NCBI GenBank assembly: GCA_963666365.2 | Contig: CAXXNF010000002.1 | Span: forward strand, 448,001-512,000 | Direction of reading: 5' to 3' | Source of the DNA: Syntrophales bacterium | GTDB taxonomy: Bacteria; Desulfobacterota; Syntrophia; Syntrophales; UBA2210 | Length of the DNA stretch: 64,000 nucleotides | In this document: positions 29,638 to 39,580 of the stretch, one piece after another | Numbering within the stretch: the first letter of the stretch is position 1 | Layout of the letters: each line of letters begins with the position of its first letter | Translations under genes and position numbers: made by a program | Notes under the pieces: model-generated | What the model saw: the letters and a program-made list of their open reading frames with translations, nothing else | The model's database searches: none | What the model was told of the DNA's origin: nothing

Positions 29638-31673
29638 GCACGATACTTGTCGTCGATGACAATCAGGATAATTGTTACCTGCTTCAACAATGGCTTGAGG
29701 CGGGAGGGCATCAGGTAACCTGCGCGGAGGAAGGGAATCAGGCCTTGCACTGCGCCCGTCGCGAGACTCCGGAACTTATTATTTCGGACATAATGATGCC
29801 GGTAATGAACGGATTCAGGCTCTGTCACGAAATTAAAAAAGATCCCGCCTTGCGCCACATTCCTCTTATCTTTCTTACCGCCACCTTCGATGACAGTTCG
29901 GACCGGGCCCTTGCAATGAGCCTCGGCGCCTCCCGGTTTGTCATCAAGCCCATCGAAGAAACGGTGCTTCTGAAACTGATCGATGAGGTGATTGACGAGC
30001 AACAACAGGGGATGTTGCCGGTCCGAGACGCGCCGGCGGATACCGATCACCGGCTCCTCGAAATGTACGATAACAGTGTCGCGAGAAAACTGGAAAAAAC
30101 CCTGGAGTCGCTGAAGACCGAGCAGGAGGCGCTGATCGAATCCGAAAAACGGCTGAAGGAAGCCCAGGAACTCGCCCACATGGGTCACTGGGAGGTCGAT
30201 GTAAAAAGCAATCTCTATGAATGGTCCGATGAAGTGTTTCGTATCCTCGGATTGGCGCCGAGGGGGGGCAGGGCATCGTACAAAACATACATTACAAGGG
30301 TCCATCCGGAAGACAGGAGCTATGTCACGATTATTCACCGGGATGCACTGGTGAAAAAAACGCAACAGGACTTCGAGTACCGTTTGCTGTGTGAGGATGG
30401 GACAATCAAATATGTACATGAACGTCTGCAAACCATATATGATGATGAAGGACGCCCGCTCTATTTGATGGGTATACTGCAGGACATCACGGAACGCAAA
30501 AAAGCGGAGGAAGAGAGAGATACGCTGCAGGCGCAGCTGTTCCAGTCCCAGAAGATGGAGGCAATAGGCGTGCTGGCAGGGGGCGTGGCCCACGATTTCA
30601 ATAATCTGCTCACGACGATTATTGGGAATGCACAGCTCATTATAAGCGAGTTGTCGGAAAATCAGCCCCTCTACGGTGATCTGAAAGAGATCATAGATGC
30701 GGGAGAGCGGGGTGCAGTGCTCACCAAAAGACTGTTGACCTTCAGCCGCAGGGAGATGTATCAACCGGAGATTCTGGATCTTAATAAAGTGGTGCGCGGC
30801 ATAGAGAAGCTCCTCCGGCGGCTGATCAAAGCGAATGTAAAACTGCACACGGACCTGACGCCGGAACTGTGGAAGGTCAAGGCGGACATGGGACAGATTG
30901 ATCAAGTCATCATGAATCTGGGGATAAACGCCAGCGATGCCATGCCCGATGGGGGGGTGCTTGCTATTAAAACGGCGAACATCGAGTTCGGCGATGCCCC
31001 GCTGGGAAGCCCCGATGAGGGACCCTCGCCGGGATCCTATGTGATGCTTTCAGTTTCCGATACGGGCGCCGGCATGGATAGTGAAACCATGGCGCGGATG
31101 TTCGAGCCCTTTTTTACCACCAAGCCCAGAGGGAGCGGCACAGGGCTTGGACTGTCCACCGTTTACGGTATCATACATCAGAGCAAAGGCTATATCCGGC
31201 CCTTCAGCGTACCCGGCAAGGGGACAACCGTAAACGTCTATCTTCCAAGGGTGCACGATGGCGAAGCAAAGGAAAAGGAGGAAGGGGCGAACGAAGAGGA
31301 GAGACGGAGCGGGGGAGTGGTTCTTGTTGTTGACGATGAGGAGTCGCTCCGCCGGGTGATAGTGAAAGCGCTTCATAAGGAAGGCTACAGAGTCCTGGAG
31401 GCGGCCAATGGCGAGGACGCCCTCAGGATCTGCACGGCCTGCGGGAATAAGATTGATGCGCTGCTTACGGACGTAGTGATGCCGGGAATTGGCGGCACTG
31501 AACTCGCGGAGGAGCTAAAGTCCCGCCATCGGAACATCAAGGTGCTGTACATGTCCGGCTATTCAGAAAAGATACTTGTTCAAAAAGGGGTGAAGGTAAC
31601 GGACGCGAATTTCATACTCAAACCGTTTACACCCGATTCGCTCTGCAAAAAGCTGCGAGAGGCTACGAAATAA
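29634..31673 (+). CDS. Hybrid histidine kinase (REC-PAS-HisKA-HATPase-REC, CckA-like)
   Basis: N-terminal [32 protein letters not shown]-terminal REC (TDVVMP). Confidence 0.93.
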   Translation: MSTILVVDDNQDNCYLLQQWLEAGGHQVTCAEEGNQALHCARRETPELIISDIMMPVMNGFRLCHEIKKDPALRHIPLIFLTATFDDSSDRALAMSLGASRFVIKPIEETVLLKLIDEVIDEQQQGMLPVRDAPADTDHRLLEMYDNSVARKLEKTLESLKTEQEALIESEKRLKEAQELAHMGHWEVDVKSNLYEWSDEVFRILGLAPRGGRASYKTYITRVHPEDRSYVTIIHRDALVKKTQQDFEYRLLCEDGTIKYVHERLQTIYDDEGRPLYLMGILQDITERKKAEEERDTLQAQLFQSQKMEAIGVLAGGVAHDFNNLLTTIIGNAQLIISELSENQPLYGDLKEIIDAGERGAVLTKRLLTFSRREMYQPEILDLNKVVRGIEKLLRRLIKANVKLHTDLTPELWKVKADMGQIDQVIMNLGINASDAMPDGGVLAIKTANIEFGDAPLGSPDEGPSPGSYVMLSVSDTGAGMDSETMARMFEPFFTTKPRGSGTGLGLSTVYGIIHQSKGYIRPFSVPGKGTTVNVYLPRVHDGEAKEKEEGANEEERRSGGVVLVVDDEESLRRVIVKALHKEGYRVLEAANGEDALRICTACGNKIDALLTDVVMPGIGGTELAEELKSRHRNIKVLYMSGYSEKILVQKGVKVTDANFILKPFTPDSLCKKLREATK

Positions 31674-31749
31674 TAATCCCAAAACGTTCAGCAAAAAGAA
31701 ACGCAGCGCACCGCAATGGTGCCGTTTTTCCGTGCCACGCATTATTTCA

Positions 31750-31776
31750 TTGACAGTGCACGTCTCTTTGTATAAT
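31750..31776 (+). promoter_or_regulatory. Putative sigma70 promoter
   Basis: TTGACA-N15-TATAAT upstream of the SDR gene; spacer is shorter than optimal. Confidence 0.45.
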
Positions 31777-31848
31777 TCCGCGTTGGAGTTGATTGCAGCA
31801 CAGATACATCGACGTAAATAAAATATTATATTGAGGAGGATTAAGAAC

Positions 31849-32598
31849 ATGAGACTAAAAGATAAAGTGGCGATTGTAACAGGTTCGGGACGAGGAATCG
31901 GCGAAGGAATCGTGATGCGCTTTGTCGAAGAAGGCGCAAAAGTTGTGGTGAATGATGTCAATGAGGCCGATGCGAATGCCGTCGTTGAAAAGGTAAAGGC
32001 TGCAGGCGGCCAGGCGATCGCTGTCCTGGGGAGCGTTGCCTCCCGTGAAGTGGTGCAGACTATGGTGGATAGGGCCATCGAGGAATTCGGCACGCTCGAT
32101 ATCATGGTGAACAATGCCGGTATTACCCGCGACGCCATGCTGCACAAGATGACCGACGAGCAGTGGGATCAGGTGATCGCCGTGAACCTGACGGGCGTAT
32201 TCTATGGTATCCAGTGTGCGGCACTGTACATGCGAGAGAAGGGCTATGGGAAGATTATCAATATATCTTCCACCAGTGCTCTGGGCAACCCCGGTCAGCT
32301 TAATTATGCCGCCACAAAGGCGGGTGTCATCGGAATGACCAAAACGGCTGCGAAGGAACTGGGTCCCAAAAATGTCAATGTCAATGCCATTGCTCCCGGC
32401 ATGATCTGGACCGATATGATGAAAAACATGCCCCAGGCTGCCAAAGACAGAATCGATCAGATGCTTCCCACGATTGTTCCTCTGAACAGAAAGGGCTCGC
32501 CTCTGGATATCGCCAACCTGGCCCTGTTCCTTGCCTCGGAGGAGAGCCAGTTCATTACCGGTCAGGTCATCTTCTGCGAAGGCGGCATGAAAGCGTAA
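31849..32598 (+). CDS. Short-chain dehydrogenase, 3-oxoacyl-ACP/CoA reductase (FabG-like)
   Basis: TGSGRGIG, NNAGITRD, YAATK, NAIAPG; RBS GAGGAGG. Confidence 0.92.
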   Translation: MRLKDKVAIVTGSGRGIGEGIVMRFVEEGAKVVVNDVNEADANAVVEKVKAAGGQAIAVLGSVASREVVQTMVDRAIEEFGTLDIMVNNAGITRDAMLHKMTDEQWDQVIAVNLTGVFYGIQCAALYMREKGYGKIINISSTSALGNPGQLNYAATKAGVIGMTKTAAKELGPKNVNVNAIAPGMIWTDMMKNMPQAAKDRIDQMLPTIVPLNRKGSPLDIANLALFLASEESQFITGQVIFCEGGMKA

Positions 32599-32633
32599 GG
32601 TGAATATCACCCAGGCATCCTTGGAACGCGATG

Positions 32634-32666
32634 AAAAAGGACAGCAGCTCGTGCTGTCCTTTTTTT
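32634..32666. terminator. Bidirectional intrinsic terminator
   Basis: AAAAAGGACAGCA-GCTCG-TGCTGTCCTTTTTTT between convergent genes. Confidence 0.8.
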
Positions 32667-32689
32667 ATTCACGCGAATCCTTTGCAACA

Positions 32690-34048
32690 TCATTTGACAA
32701 AGTTCGGGTACAGTTTCCTCGCACACTCAGGGCAGATGCCGTGAGTAAAGTCTGCATCGGAGTGATTTTTGATGTAGAGTTCCAGTTGTTCCCAGTATCC
32801 TTCATCATTGCGTATTTTTTTGCAGGAGGCACAGATAGGCAGCAGGCCGCTCAATGTTTTGATGCGGGAGAGCGCCTCTGTAAGTTGCTTGATAAGCTGT
32901 TCCCTCTCCGCCTCGATCTTCTTCCGATTTGTGATGTCGCGGGCAATAAAAAGGACGCCGGAGGGTGTGCCTTCCTCTGTCAGGAGAGAGGAGCGTACCT
33001 CTGTCATGATTTCTTTCCCGGTAGCGGGCGAAATTGCTCGCCATTCATACAGAAGGTGATCCGTAAAACCCCGGCGGCGTTTTTCAATCATATCCCTTTG
33101 GCGTTCCACAAGGTCGGCAGGGACAAAATCTTTGATATTCAAACCCACAGGATCGAATCCGCCGAGGAACGAACGGGTTGCCTCATTGACGAATGTGGCC
33201 GTTCCATCCAGATCGACGGTGATGATCATGTCCCCGGCAGCTTCGGCCAGGTTCCGGTACCGCTCTTCCGATTGACGCAGGGCCTTCTCAACTGCCTTAT
33301 GATCTTCAATATTCCGCACGGCGCCGATATGAAACAAGACGGCGCCGGCGGTGTCGCGGACAATAGTTCCTACATCGCTGAACCATCGAAAGACAGCGTC
33401 TGCGCAGAAAAACCGGTACTCGATTTCATAGGCGCCGGTGTGAGTTGCATAGCCGGTAAATGTGTGTTGAAACTTCGATCGTTCGTCCGGATGCACAAGG
33501 GAAAAAATACGTTCTTTACTCCACGCGGCAACTTCATTCGCTTTATACCCCGTCATAAGTTCGATGACAGGACTGAGATAATCGTAGCGTTCAGTAAGGA
33601 CATTCCATCGGTAGGACGCGACCTGGGAGTTTTCCAGCACATGGCGGAAACGTTCTTCGCTCTCTCGAATGACATCCTGAGACCGCCTGCGCTCGGTTAT
33701 GTCGCGCACATACAGAACACCGCAAAGATCAGGGGCCTCTTTGTTTATAATGGGTATGAAACGGACGGACAGCCAGCGATCCTCTCTCGTCGTTTCAAAT
33801 CGCAGATGGGTCGATGTTTGTATCGCGTTCTTTAATTGGCTGTATTCAGACAATTCCCAGTGCGCCGGAAGTAGACTCAAAAAATTTTTTCCTATTACTT
33901 CGTGCAGTGCGATACCCAAACCATCCGCGCAGGAACGGTTTATGGCCAGCACGGTCCCCCCCACACCAAGTAAAAGAATACCATCGGGCGTGGCATTGAA
34001 AAGCGCCTCCATGGCGGTTTCAAGCTGCCTTGTCGATTCAGGGCTCAC
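32690..34048 (-). CDS. Triple-PAS protein with C-terminal Cys/His-rich domain, no kinase module
   Basis: Three PAS/PAC units then LLPICASCKKIRNDEGYW...FTHGICPEC. Confidence 0.88.
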   Translation of the reverse strand: MSPESTRQLETAMEALFNATPDGILLLGVGGTVLAINRSCADGLGIALHEVIGKNFLSLLPAHWELSEYSQLKNAIQTSTHLRFETTREDRWLSVRFIPIINKEAPDLCGVLYVRDITERRRSQDVIRESEERFRHVLENSQVASYRWNVLTERYDYLSPVIELMTGYKANEVAAWSKERIFSLVHPDERSKFQHTFTGYATHTGAYEIEYRFFCADAVFRWFSDVGTIVRDTAGAVLFHIGAVRNIEDHKAVEKALRQSEERYRNLAEAAGDMIITVDLDGTATFVNEATRSFLGGFDPVGLNIKDFVPADLVERQRDMIEKRRRGFTDHLLYEWRAISPATGKEIMTEVRSSLLTEEGTPSGVLFIARDITNRKKIEAEREQLIKQLTEALSRIKTLSGLLPICASCKKIRNDEGYWEQLELYIKNHSDADFTHGICPECARKLYPNFVK

Positions 34049-34163
34049 AGGATTGCCCCCTTGAATGCGCGCTTATACGCGTCATACTGCGTTGTCGTAT
34101 GCGATTGTTGCTGAGACAGGGCGTGCAGGTAGCGCTATCCCCCCCTTTTTCTGCATGCGATAA

Positions 34164-34192
34164 AGTATAGAGGGTGCAGTTCTCTGTGTCAA
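34164..34192 (-). promoter_or_regulatory. Putative sigma70 promoter for the triple-PAS gene
   Basis: Minus strand TTGACA-N17-TATACT. Confidence 0.6.
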
Positions 34193-34321
34193 AGAAATTT
34201 TGGTACAAAGGGGTGTGAAAAAAATACCATATGGAGTATAGAACTATACACGGTCGTGCCGAGATTTCGGATTCCAGGGCCTGTAGTAAAAAATGCATTG
34301 CAGTTGATAAAGGAGAGAGTG

Positions 34322-34717
34322 ATGGAGGTTTTTGAGCTTTATATCCAGACACACTTTTCCGCAGCCCACGCGTTAAAGGGGTATGAGGGGGAATGCGCAA
34401 AAGTGCATGGCCATAACTGGATCATAGAGGTATTCGTTCGATGTGAACGCTTGAACGACATTGGCATCGGTATGGATTTCAGGGTTATAAAGCAGGCTGT
34501 CAAAGAGGTGATACAGCACGAAGATGAAGCCCTGCGCCTGGATCACGCGAATTTAAGCGAGCATCCGGCCTTTGTCAATGTGAATCCAACCTCAGAGCAC
34601 ATTGCCCGTTATATCTATAGGGAACTGAGCAAAAAAATACACGGCGACGGCATACGAATTTCAAAAATCAAGGTGTCGGAAACACCCGGTGCCGGTGCGT
34701 ATTACTGGGAGGAGTAA
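34322..34717 (+). CDS. queD: 6-carboxytetrahydropterin synthase
   Basis: FSAAH, CAKVHGHNW (Cx3HGH), LDH, NPTSE, VSETP. Confidence 0.93.
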   Translation: MEVFELYIQTHFSAAHALKGYEGECAKVHGHNWIIEVFVRCERLNDIGIGMDFRVIKQAVKEVIQHEDEALRLDHANLSEHPAFVNVNPTSEHIARYIYRELSKKIHGDGIRISKIKVSETPGAGAYYWEE

Positions 34718-35365
34718 ATGCCTCTCCTGGTCAATGAGATGTTTTTCAGCATTCAGGGCGAATCCTCCTATGCCGGGCAGCCCTGCGCATTTGTAAGGCT
34801 CACAGGATGCAATCTGCGCTGTTCTTACTGTGATACCCGCTACGCCTATGAGGCGGGCAACCGGATGACAATCAAAGAGATTGTCGGCCGGGTTGCCCTG
34901 TATCGGTGTCCTCTGGTGGAGATTACGGGAGGGGAACCCCTGCTTCAGAAAGAAACTCCTGCGCTGGTTCACGAATTGCTCAGAAAGAACTTTCACGTAT
35001 TGCTTGAAACAAATGGAAGCAGGGATATAGGGGTAATCGATGAACAGTGCGTGAGAATTGTAGACATCAAATGTCCCTCCAGCGGAGAGCATGAAAAAAA
35101 CCGTTGGGAAAATCTTAAACTACTAACAGTGAAAGACGAGATTAAATTTGTAATGGCAACCCGGGAAGATTACGAATTCGCAAAAGCGGCGGTGGTACGT
35201 ATGCGAGAGACTCCCGTAAAGACAGACATTATTCACTTTTCTCCGGTCTTCGGGCAATTAAATCCTCCCATGTTGGCAGCCTGGATTCTGGAGGACCGTT
35301 TGCCTGTGCGGCTTCACCTGCAGCTGCACAAGATCCTCTGGGATCCCGACAGGCGGGGAGTATAG
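34718..35365 (+). CDS. queE: 7-carboxy-7-deazaguanine synthase (radical SAM)
   Basis: SIQGE, CNLRCSYCDT, TGGEPL, ETNG, QLHK. Confidence 0.93.
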   Translation: MPLLVNEMFFSIQGESSYAGQPCAFVRLTGCNLRCSYCDTRYAYEAGNRMTIKEIVGRVALYRCPLVEITGGEPLLQKETPALVHELLRKNFHVLLETNGSRDIGVIDEQCVRIVDIKCPSSGEHEKNRWENLKLLTVKDEIKFVMATREDYEFAKAAVVRMRETPVKTDIIHFSPVFGQLNPPMLAAWILEDRLPVRLHLQLHKILWDPDRRGV

Positions 35366-35374
35366 GAGCAACCC

Positions 35375-36070
35375 ATGAATAAAAAAAAGGCCGTAGTCCT
35401 TTCCAGCGGTGGTATCGATTCCACAACGGTGATGGCAATTGCCCAATCGGAGGGCTTTTTACTCTATAGCCTCAGTTTCAGCTATGGACAGCGCCATGCG
35501 GTCGAGCTTAAAGCAGCCGAACTTATCGCATGCGCATATGAGGTGCTAGAGCACCTTGTCGTCGATATCGACTTGGGAAAGATCGGCGGTTCGGCCCTTA
35601 CTGCTGATATTAACGTACCGAAAGACAGGTCTGAAAATGAGATGCCATCAGAGATTCCGGTTACCTATGTGCCTGCCCGCAATACCATATTTCTTTCCTA
35701 TGCCCTCGCCTGGGCGGAGGTGTTGGGTGCATCGGACATATTCATCGGGGTGAATGCCGTTGATTACAGCGGCTATCCCGATTGTCGTCCCGAATATATA
35801 AAGGCCTTTGAACAAATGGCGAATCTGGCCACAAAAGCTGCCGTGGAAGGGACGATGAAAATAAAAGTACGCACACCGATCATTCACATGACCAAGGCGG
35901 AGATCATCAGGAAAGGCAAAGAACTTGGTGTCGATTATGGCATGACCCACAGCTGCTATGACCCTTCTCCCGATGGAAACGCCTGCGGCCTTTGTGACAG
36001 CTGCCGGTTGAGGAAACGGGGATTCAAGGAGGCGGGAATCCCCGATCCTACCATTTATGTGAAGAATTAA
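35375..36070 (+). CDS. queC: 7-cyano-7-deazaguanine synthase
   Basis: SGGIDS, YGQRH, YVPARN, GYPDCR, SCY...CGLCDSC. Confidence 0.96.
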   Translation: MNKKKAVVLSSGGIDSTTVMAIAQSEGFLLYSLSFSYGQRHAVELKAAELIACAYEVLEHLVVDIDLGKIGGSALTADINVPKDRSENEMPSEIPVTYVPARNTIFLSYALAWAEVLGASDIFIGVNAVDYSGYPDCRPEYIKAFEQMANLATKAAVEGTMKIKVRTPIIHMTKAEIIRKGKELGVDYGMTHSCYDPSPDGNACGLCDSCRLRKRGFKEAGIPDPTIYVKN

Positions 36071-36081
36071 TCACAATGTTC

Positions 36082-36130
36082 TCGTAAGAAGCTCCTCATG
36101 CCGACACGTCGGCATAGGAGCTTCTTACGA
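36082..36130. repeat. 49-bp palindromic element (REP/MITE-like)
   Basis: TCGTAAGAAGCTCCT-c-ATGCCGAC-ac-GTCGGCAT-AGGAGCTTCTTACGA: 23-bp stem with one bulge. Confidence 0.8.
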
Positions 36131-36225
36131 AGTCGGCAATCATGAACAATCCGCTCGATTACTTATAATCGGCAATCGCCTGTCTCTATTGAGAACAGGG
36201 GATTGCGGGGTTGTTGTCCTTTGTG

Positions 36226-36375
36226 TCAGGCGCAGCCGTTCTTGTCTTTGGCGGTGGAATCTGCGCCTTCTGTTTTTGCACTTTTTCGTTTGGCTGCGAA
36301 AACAACCAAAATAATCACAACGGCAAGTACGATAAGGGTAACTAGTTTGCCTGTACTCACGTCAATAAAGTTCAT
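36226..36375 (-). CDS. Putative 49-aa single-TM small protein, below the ORF-track cutoff
   Basis: MNFIDVSTGKLVTLIVLAVVIILVVFAAKRKSAKTEGADSTAKDKNGCA: clean hydrophobic helix followed by basic residues; RBS weak. Confidence 0.45.
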   Translation of the reverse strand: MNFIDVSTGKLVTLIVLAVVIILVVFAAKRKSAKTEGADSTAKDKNGCA

Positions 36376-36389
36376 AACAAACTCACATG

Positions 36390-36425
36390 TAAAAGGGACC
36401 AGTCCGCGCAGGGGACTCGGTCCTT
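36390..36425 (-). terminator. Putative terminator after the carboxyltransferase gene
   Basis: Minus strand AAGGACCGAGTCC-CCTGCGC-GGACTGGTCCCTTTT. Confidence 0.5.
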
Positions 36426-36515
36426 ATTTATGGGTTCTTAGGATGTAATGAGTGTTTAAGGATAGAGAACTCAATAATGAAAAAAATTCCGGAAAGCGGA
36501 TTGCCTCATCAGCTG

Positions 36516-38111
36516 TTACCAGCAATCGATGTTAGGCCGTTTTTTTCCGCTCCGCGGCACGGGTGTCGGCTGGGAGCGCAGGCCGCACATGATCCAGTTC
36601 CTCGTCTGGGCGGGATCGATAACATCGTCTATTTCAAGACAGGCCGCCATATTGATTGCCTTGCCGAGTTCGTAGTGCTGTGCCAAAAGTTCTTCAAACC
36701 GCTGCTCGCGCTTTTCCGGGTCTTCGATCGCATCGAGTTCTTTCTTGAACCCGAGGCGCACTGCACCTTCAAGTCCCATGCCGCCGAATTCACCCGTCGG
36801 CCAGGATACGATAAAATTGGATACGTGAAAACTGCCGCCAGCCATGGCCATGGAACCAAGGCCGTACCCTTTTCGCAGCACCACGCTGAAAATCGGTATG
36901 GTGGCATTGACGGCATTTGTAAATATGCGGCAGAAATGGCGTGCCTGAGCCGTTTTTTCCGCCTCCGGGCCAACCATGAACCCCGGGCTGTCGATGAGGA
37001 CGATCATGGGAATATCGAAGGCGTCGCAAAGCTGAATAAAGCGGGAGAATTTATCGGCGCCGTCGGCGTCTATCGCACCACCGAGATGAAAGACATTATT
37101 TGCTGCCAATCCGAAAGGCTGTCCTTCAATTCTCACAAGGGCGGTGACTATCCCCACGCCGAAATCGCGGCGCAATTCCAGGACCGATTCCTTGTCGGCC
37201 AGTATATCAATGACCTTTCTTACATCGTAGGCCCTGCGCCGTCGCTCCGGAACCACTTGCCGCAGCAGGAGCTGGTTTTCGCACTCCCATTCCGACAAGC
37301 TTCCCTGGAAATAGGAGAGGTATTGTTTTGCCGCCTGCACCGCCGCGGCATCGTCTTCTACGAGAATATCGACCACGCCGTTTGGTGACTGTATTGACAT
37401 GGGGCCCACTTCCTCCGGCCTGAACACCCCCAAGCCGCCCCCCTCAATCATCGCCGGGCCGGCCATGCCGATATTGGAGTTTTTCGTGGCGATAATCACG
37501 TCGCTTTGAGCGACAAGCGCTGTATTGCCGGCAAAGCAGAATCCGCTCACGATACCGACAACCGGTACCAAGCCGCTCAGTTTTGCATAGTGTGCAAATG
37601 TCATTAAGTCAAGTCCTGCCACCACCGTGTCCATCATATCCACGTCTCCGGGCCGTCCGCCCCCTCCTTCGGCGAAAAGCACCGTCGGCAGTTTCTGTTT
37701 ATAGGCGACGGTGAGCAGACGGTCTTTCTTTTTGTGATTCATGAAGCCCTGGGTGCCGGCAAGGACGCTGTAATCGTATCCCATTACCATGCAGCGGGTG
37801 CGCGATCGATCAAAAAGGTGTCCGTTTATGGATCCAATCTTTGCGACAAGGCCGTCGGCCGGGGTTCTTTTGATTAGTTCGTCCATAGATTTACGGCGCC
37901 GCTGCGCGGCCATTGTCAGCGCGCCATATTCAATCGAATCACCCGGGTCCATAAGATCGTCAATGTTTTCTCGGATCGTGCGCTGTCCTTTTTTGTGGCG
38001 CCGTTCCACCATGTCGGGACGGGCCTCGTCCAGGGTAAAATTGTGACGGGTAATCGATTCCGCCAGGTCGGCTCTGATTTCATTCGGATCTGTATTCTTT
38101 TTGTCGCTCAC
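36516..38111 (-). CDS. Acyl-CoA carboxylase/decarboxylase carboxyltransferase subunit
   Basis: DYSVLAGTQG, EGGGGRPGD, GFCFAG, DSPGFMVG, RKGYG. GTG start at 38111 with RBS AAAAGGGGG. Confidence 0.9.
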   Translation of the reverse strand: MSDKKNTDPNEIRADLAESITRHNFTLDEARPDMVERRHKKGQRTIRENIDDLMDPGDSIEYGALTMAAQRRRKSMDELIKRTPADGLVAKIGSINGHLFDRSRTRCMVMGYDYSVLAGTQGFMNHKKKDRLLTVAYKQKLPTVLFAEGGGGRPGDVDMMDTVVAGLDLMTFAHYAKLSGLVPVVGIVSGFCFAGNTALVAQSDVIIATKNSNIGMAGPAMIEGGGLGVFRPEEVGPMSIQSPNGVVDILVEDDAAAVQAAKQYLSYFQGSLSEWECENQLLLRQVVPERRRRAYDVRKVIDILADKESVLELRRDFGVGIVTALVRIEGQPFGLAANNVFHLGGAIDADGADKFSRFIQLCDAFDIPMIVLIDSPGFMVGPEAEKTAQARHFCRIFTNAVNATIPIFSVVLRKGYGLGSMAMAGGSFHVSNFIVSWPTGEFGGMGLEGAVRLGFKKELDAIEDPEKREQRFEELLAQHYELGKAINMAACLEIDDVIDPAQTRNWIMCGLRSQPTPVPRSGKKRPNIDCW

Positions 38112-38145
38112 ATGCGCCCCCTTTTTTTTATAATTACATGTCCGC

Positions 38146-38174
38146 TTTATAGATGTAAAGGGGGCCAATGTCAA
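38146..38174 (-). promoter_or_regulatory. Putative sigma70 promoter for the carboxyltransferase
   Basis: Minus strand TTGACA-N17-TATAAA. Confidence 0.55.
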
Positions 38175-38378
38175 GAAAGGAGGAATAACAGCGCAAAAGA
38201 ACATAATCAGTGATGGAACATTTTCTGCGAAGATGATATCGTATCGCCTATGTGAAAGTGGTGATGCACGCTGATGGGAAGCAACGAAACATCATCGGAA
38301 GGTGAAAGCCGGCATGTGACGGCCTGCACCTGTGACAGTGTCCTCAATGAGCGCATAGCCTTAAGAAAGGGGGTGTCC

Positions 38379-39578
38379 ATGAAAATTCTTGCTTTAGGTG
38401 GCGCCGGCGATATGGGGCGGGCTGCTGTGACAACGCTTCTCGGCATGTTCGGCATATCATCGGTTACCGTAGCAGATGCAAATTACGAACTGGCTGAGCG
38501 ATTCGTCAGACTTATCGCTGCGGGGAATCTCTCTGCGGCGCCCATAGACGTGCGCGATAGAAGTGCGCTTCATTCCCTCATAGAAAAACACGATCTTGTC
38601 GTTTCTACAGTAGGGCCCTACTACAAATACGGAAAGACCGTGGTCGAGGCCTGTATCTCCGCCGGGAGATCAGGTATCGATATCAATGATGATTGGGAGC
38701 CGACGCTGGATATACTCGCCCTTCATGAAAAGGCTAAAAACGCGGGGATTACCTATATTACCGGCATGGGATCGAGTCCCGGGCTGTTAAATCTTATGGC
38801 GCTTCAGGCCTCAAGGGCTTTGGAACAGGTTGAAAGCATTATGACTGCCTGGTCTCTGAACGGTGGGTGGCAATCCGGTCCGAAGCAGCCGTTCCATGTT
38901 GCGAGACGGCTTCTTGGACTGGGGGACGCGGAGCGTCCAAATGCCGCAATCGAGCATCTCTTTCATGAATGTTCCAGCACCGTTCCCACATACAGAGATG
39001 GGAATCTTGTAGGAGTTGATTCAATGACGTCGGCAGGAAGTCTGCAATTTCCCGGATATGCCGACAGGCAGGTATTTCATGTGGGGCATCCCGAGCCGAT
39101 CACGCTTCCCAAAACCAGCAATGCAAAGTCCGTGTCGAATGTGATGTTTGGTGACAAGGAAATTTTTGACCTGATTCGGAGGATTGCGGACAGTATTAAG
39201 CGAGGGCGACTTTCGGTGGAGGACGGGGCACATTCTTTTGAGGACGAGGCAAAAAACCTGGCTCCGGTTTCTTCAAATATAGATGACCCCCCAGGTCTGT
39301 GCTCCGTTGTGACGGGATGGACAGGGGAAAAAAGAAAAAAAATTGCATGGGGACTCATACGCGGACCCTATGGACTTATGGCAGGTGTTACCGCGGTTCC
39401 TCTTGCAATTGCGGCCCGCATGATCGCCGACGGTCGTATTGCGAAACGGGGGGTCTTTCCACCGGAATCTTCAGTGGATCCTGAACGGCTCTTTGCCGAG
39501 TTTGCACCCTATTGCGGGGAAAATCTTGGTTCCGACGATATCATAATCCGACGGGAAGAAGCACTAGACTCCGTATAA
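38379..39578 (+). CDS. Saccharopine dehydrogenase-family NAD(P)-binding oxidoreductase
   Basis: KILALGGAGDMG, VGPYY, DINDD, GMGSSPG, GHPEPITL, GVFPPE. Confidence 0.87.
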   Translation: MKILALGGAGDMGRAAVTTLLGMFGISSVTVADANYELAERFVRLIAAGNLSAAPIDVRDRSALHSLIEKHDLVVSTVGPYYKYGKTVVEACISAGRSGIDINDDWEPTLDILALHEKAKNAGITYITGMGSSPGLLNLMALQASRALEQVESIMTAWSLNGGWQSGPKQPFHVARRLLGLGDAERPNAAIEHLFHECSSTVPTYRDGNLVGVDSMTSAGSLQFPGYADRQVFHVGHPEPITLPKTSNAKSVSNVMFGDKEIFDLIRRIADSIKRGRLSVEDGAHSFEDEAKNLAPVSSNIDDPPGLCSVVTGWTGEKRKKIAWGLIRGPYGLMAGVTAVPLAIAARMIADGRIAKRGVFPPESSVDPERLFAEFAPYCGENLGSDDIIIRREEALDSV

Positions 39579-39580
39579 AT

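Noticed and set aside
27492..33835. Long antisense ORFs (27492-28712, 29499-30905, 31855-32610, 32600-33835)
   Set aside because: They almost entirely overlap well-supported genes on the opposite strand and show no protein motifs; expected in GC3-biased DNA. The same applies to 50223-51425 and 60465-61451.
34050..34321. preQ1 riboswitch upstream of queD
   Set aside because: No short stem with the conserved loop and A-rich tail pattern could be found by eye; an Rfam scan would be decisive.
34322..36070. queDEC as part of a 7-deazaguanine DNA-modification (dpd) defence system
   Set aside because: No dpdA/tgt-like, helicase or ParB-like genes nearby; context is housekeeping, so tRNA queuosine precursor synthesis is the simpler reading.
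36163..36228. Selenocysteine read-through of the TGA ending the 49-aa ORF
   Set aside because: No convincing SECIS-like hairpin right after the TGA and no known selenoprotein motif; the extension is only 20 codons.
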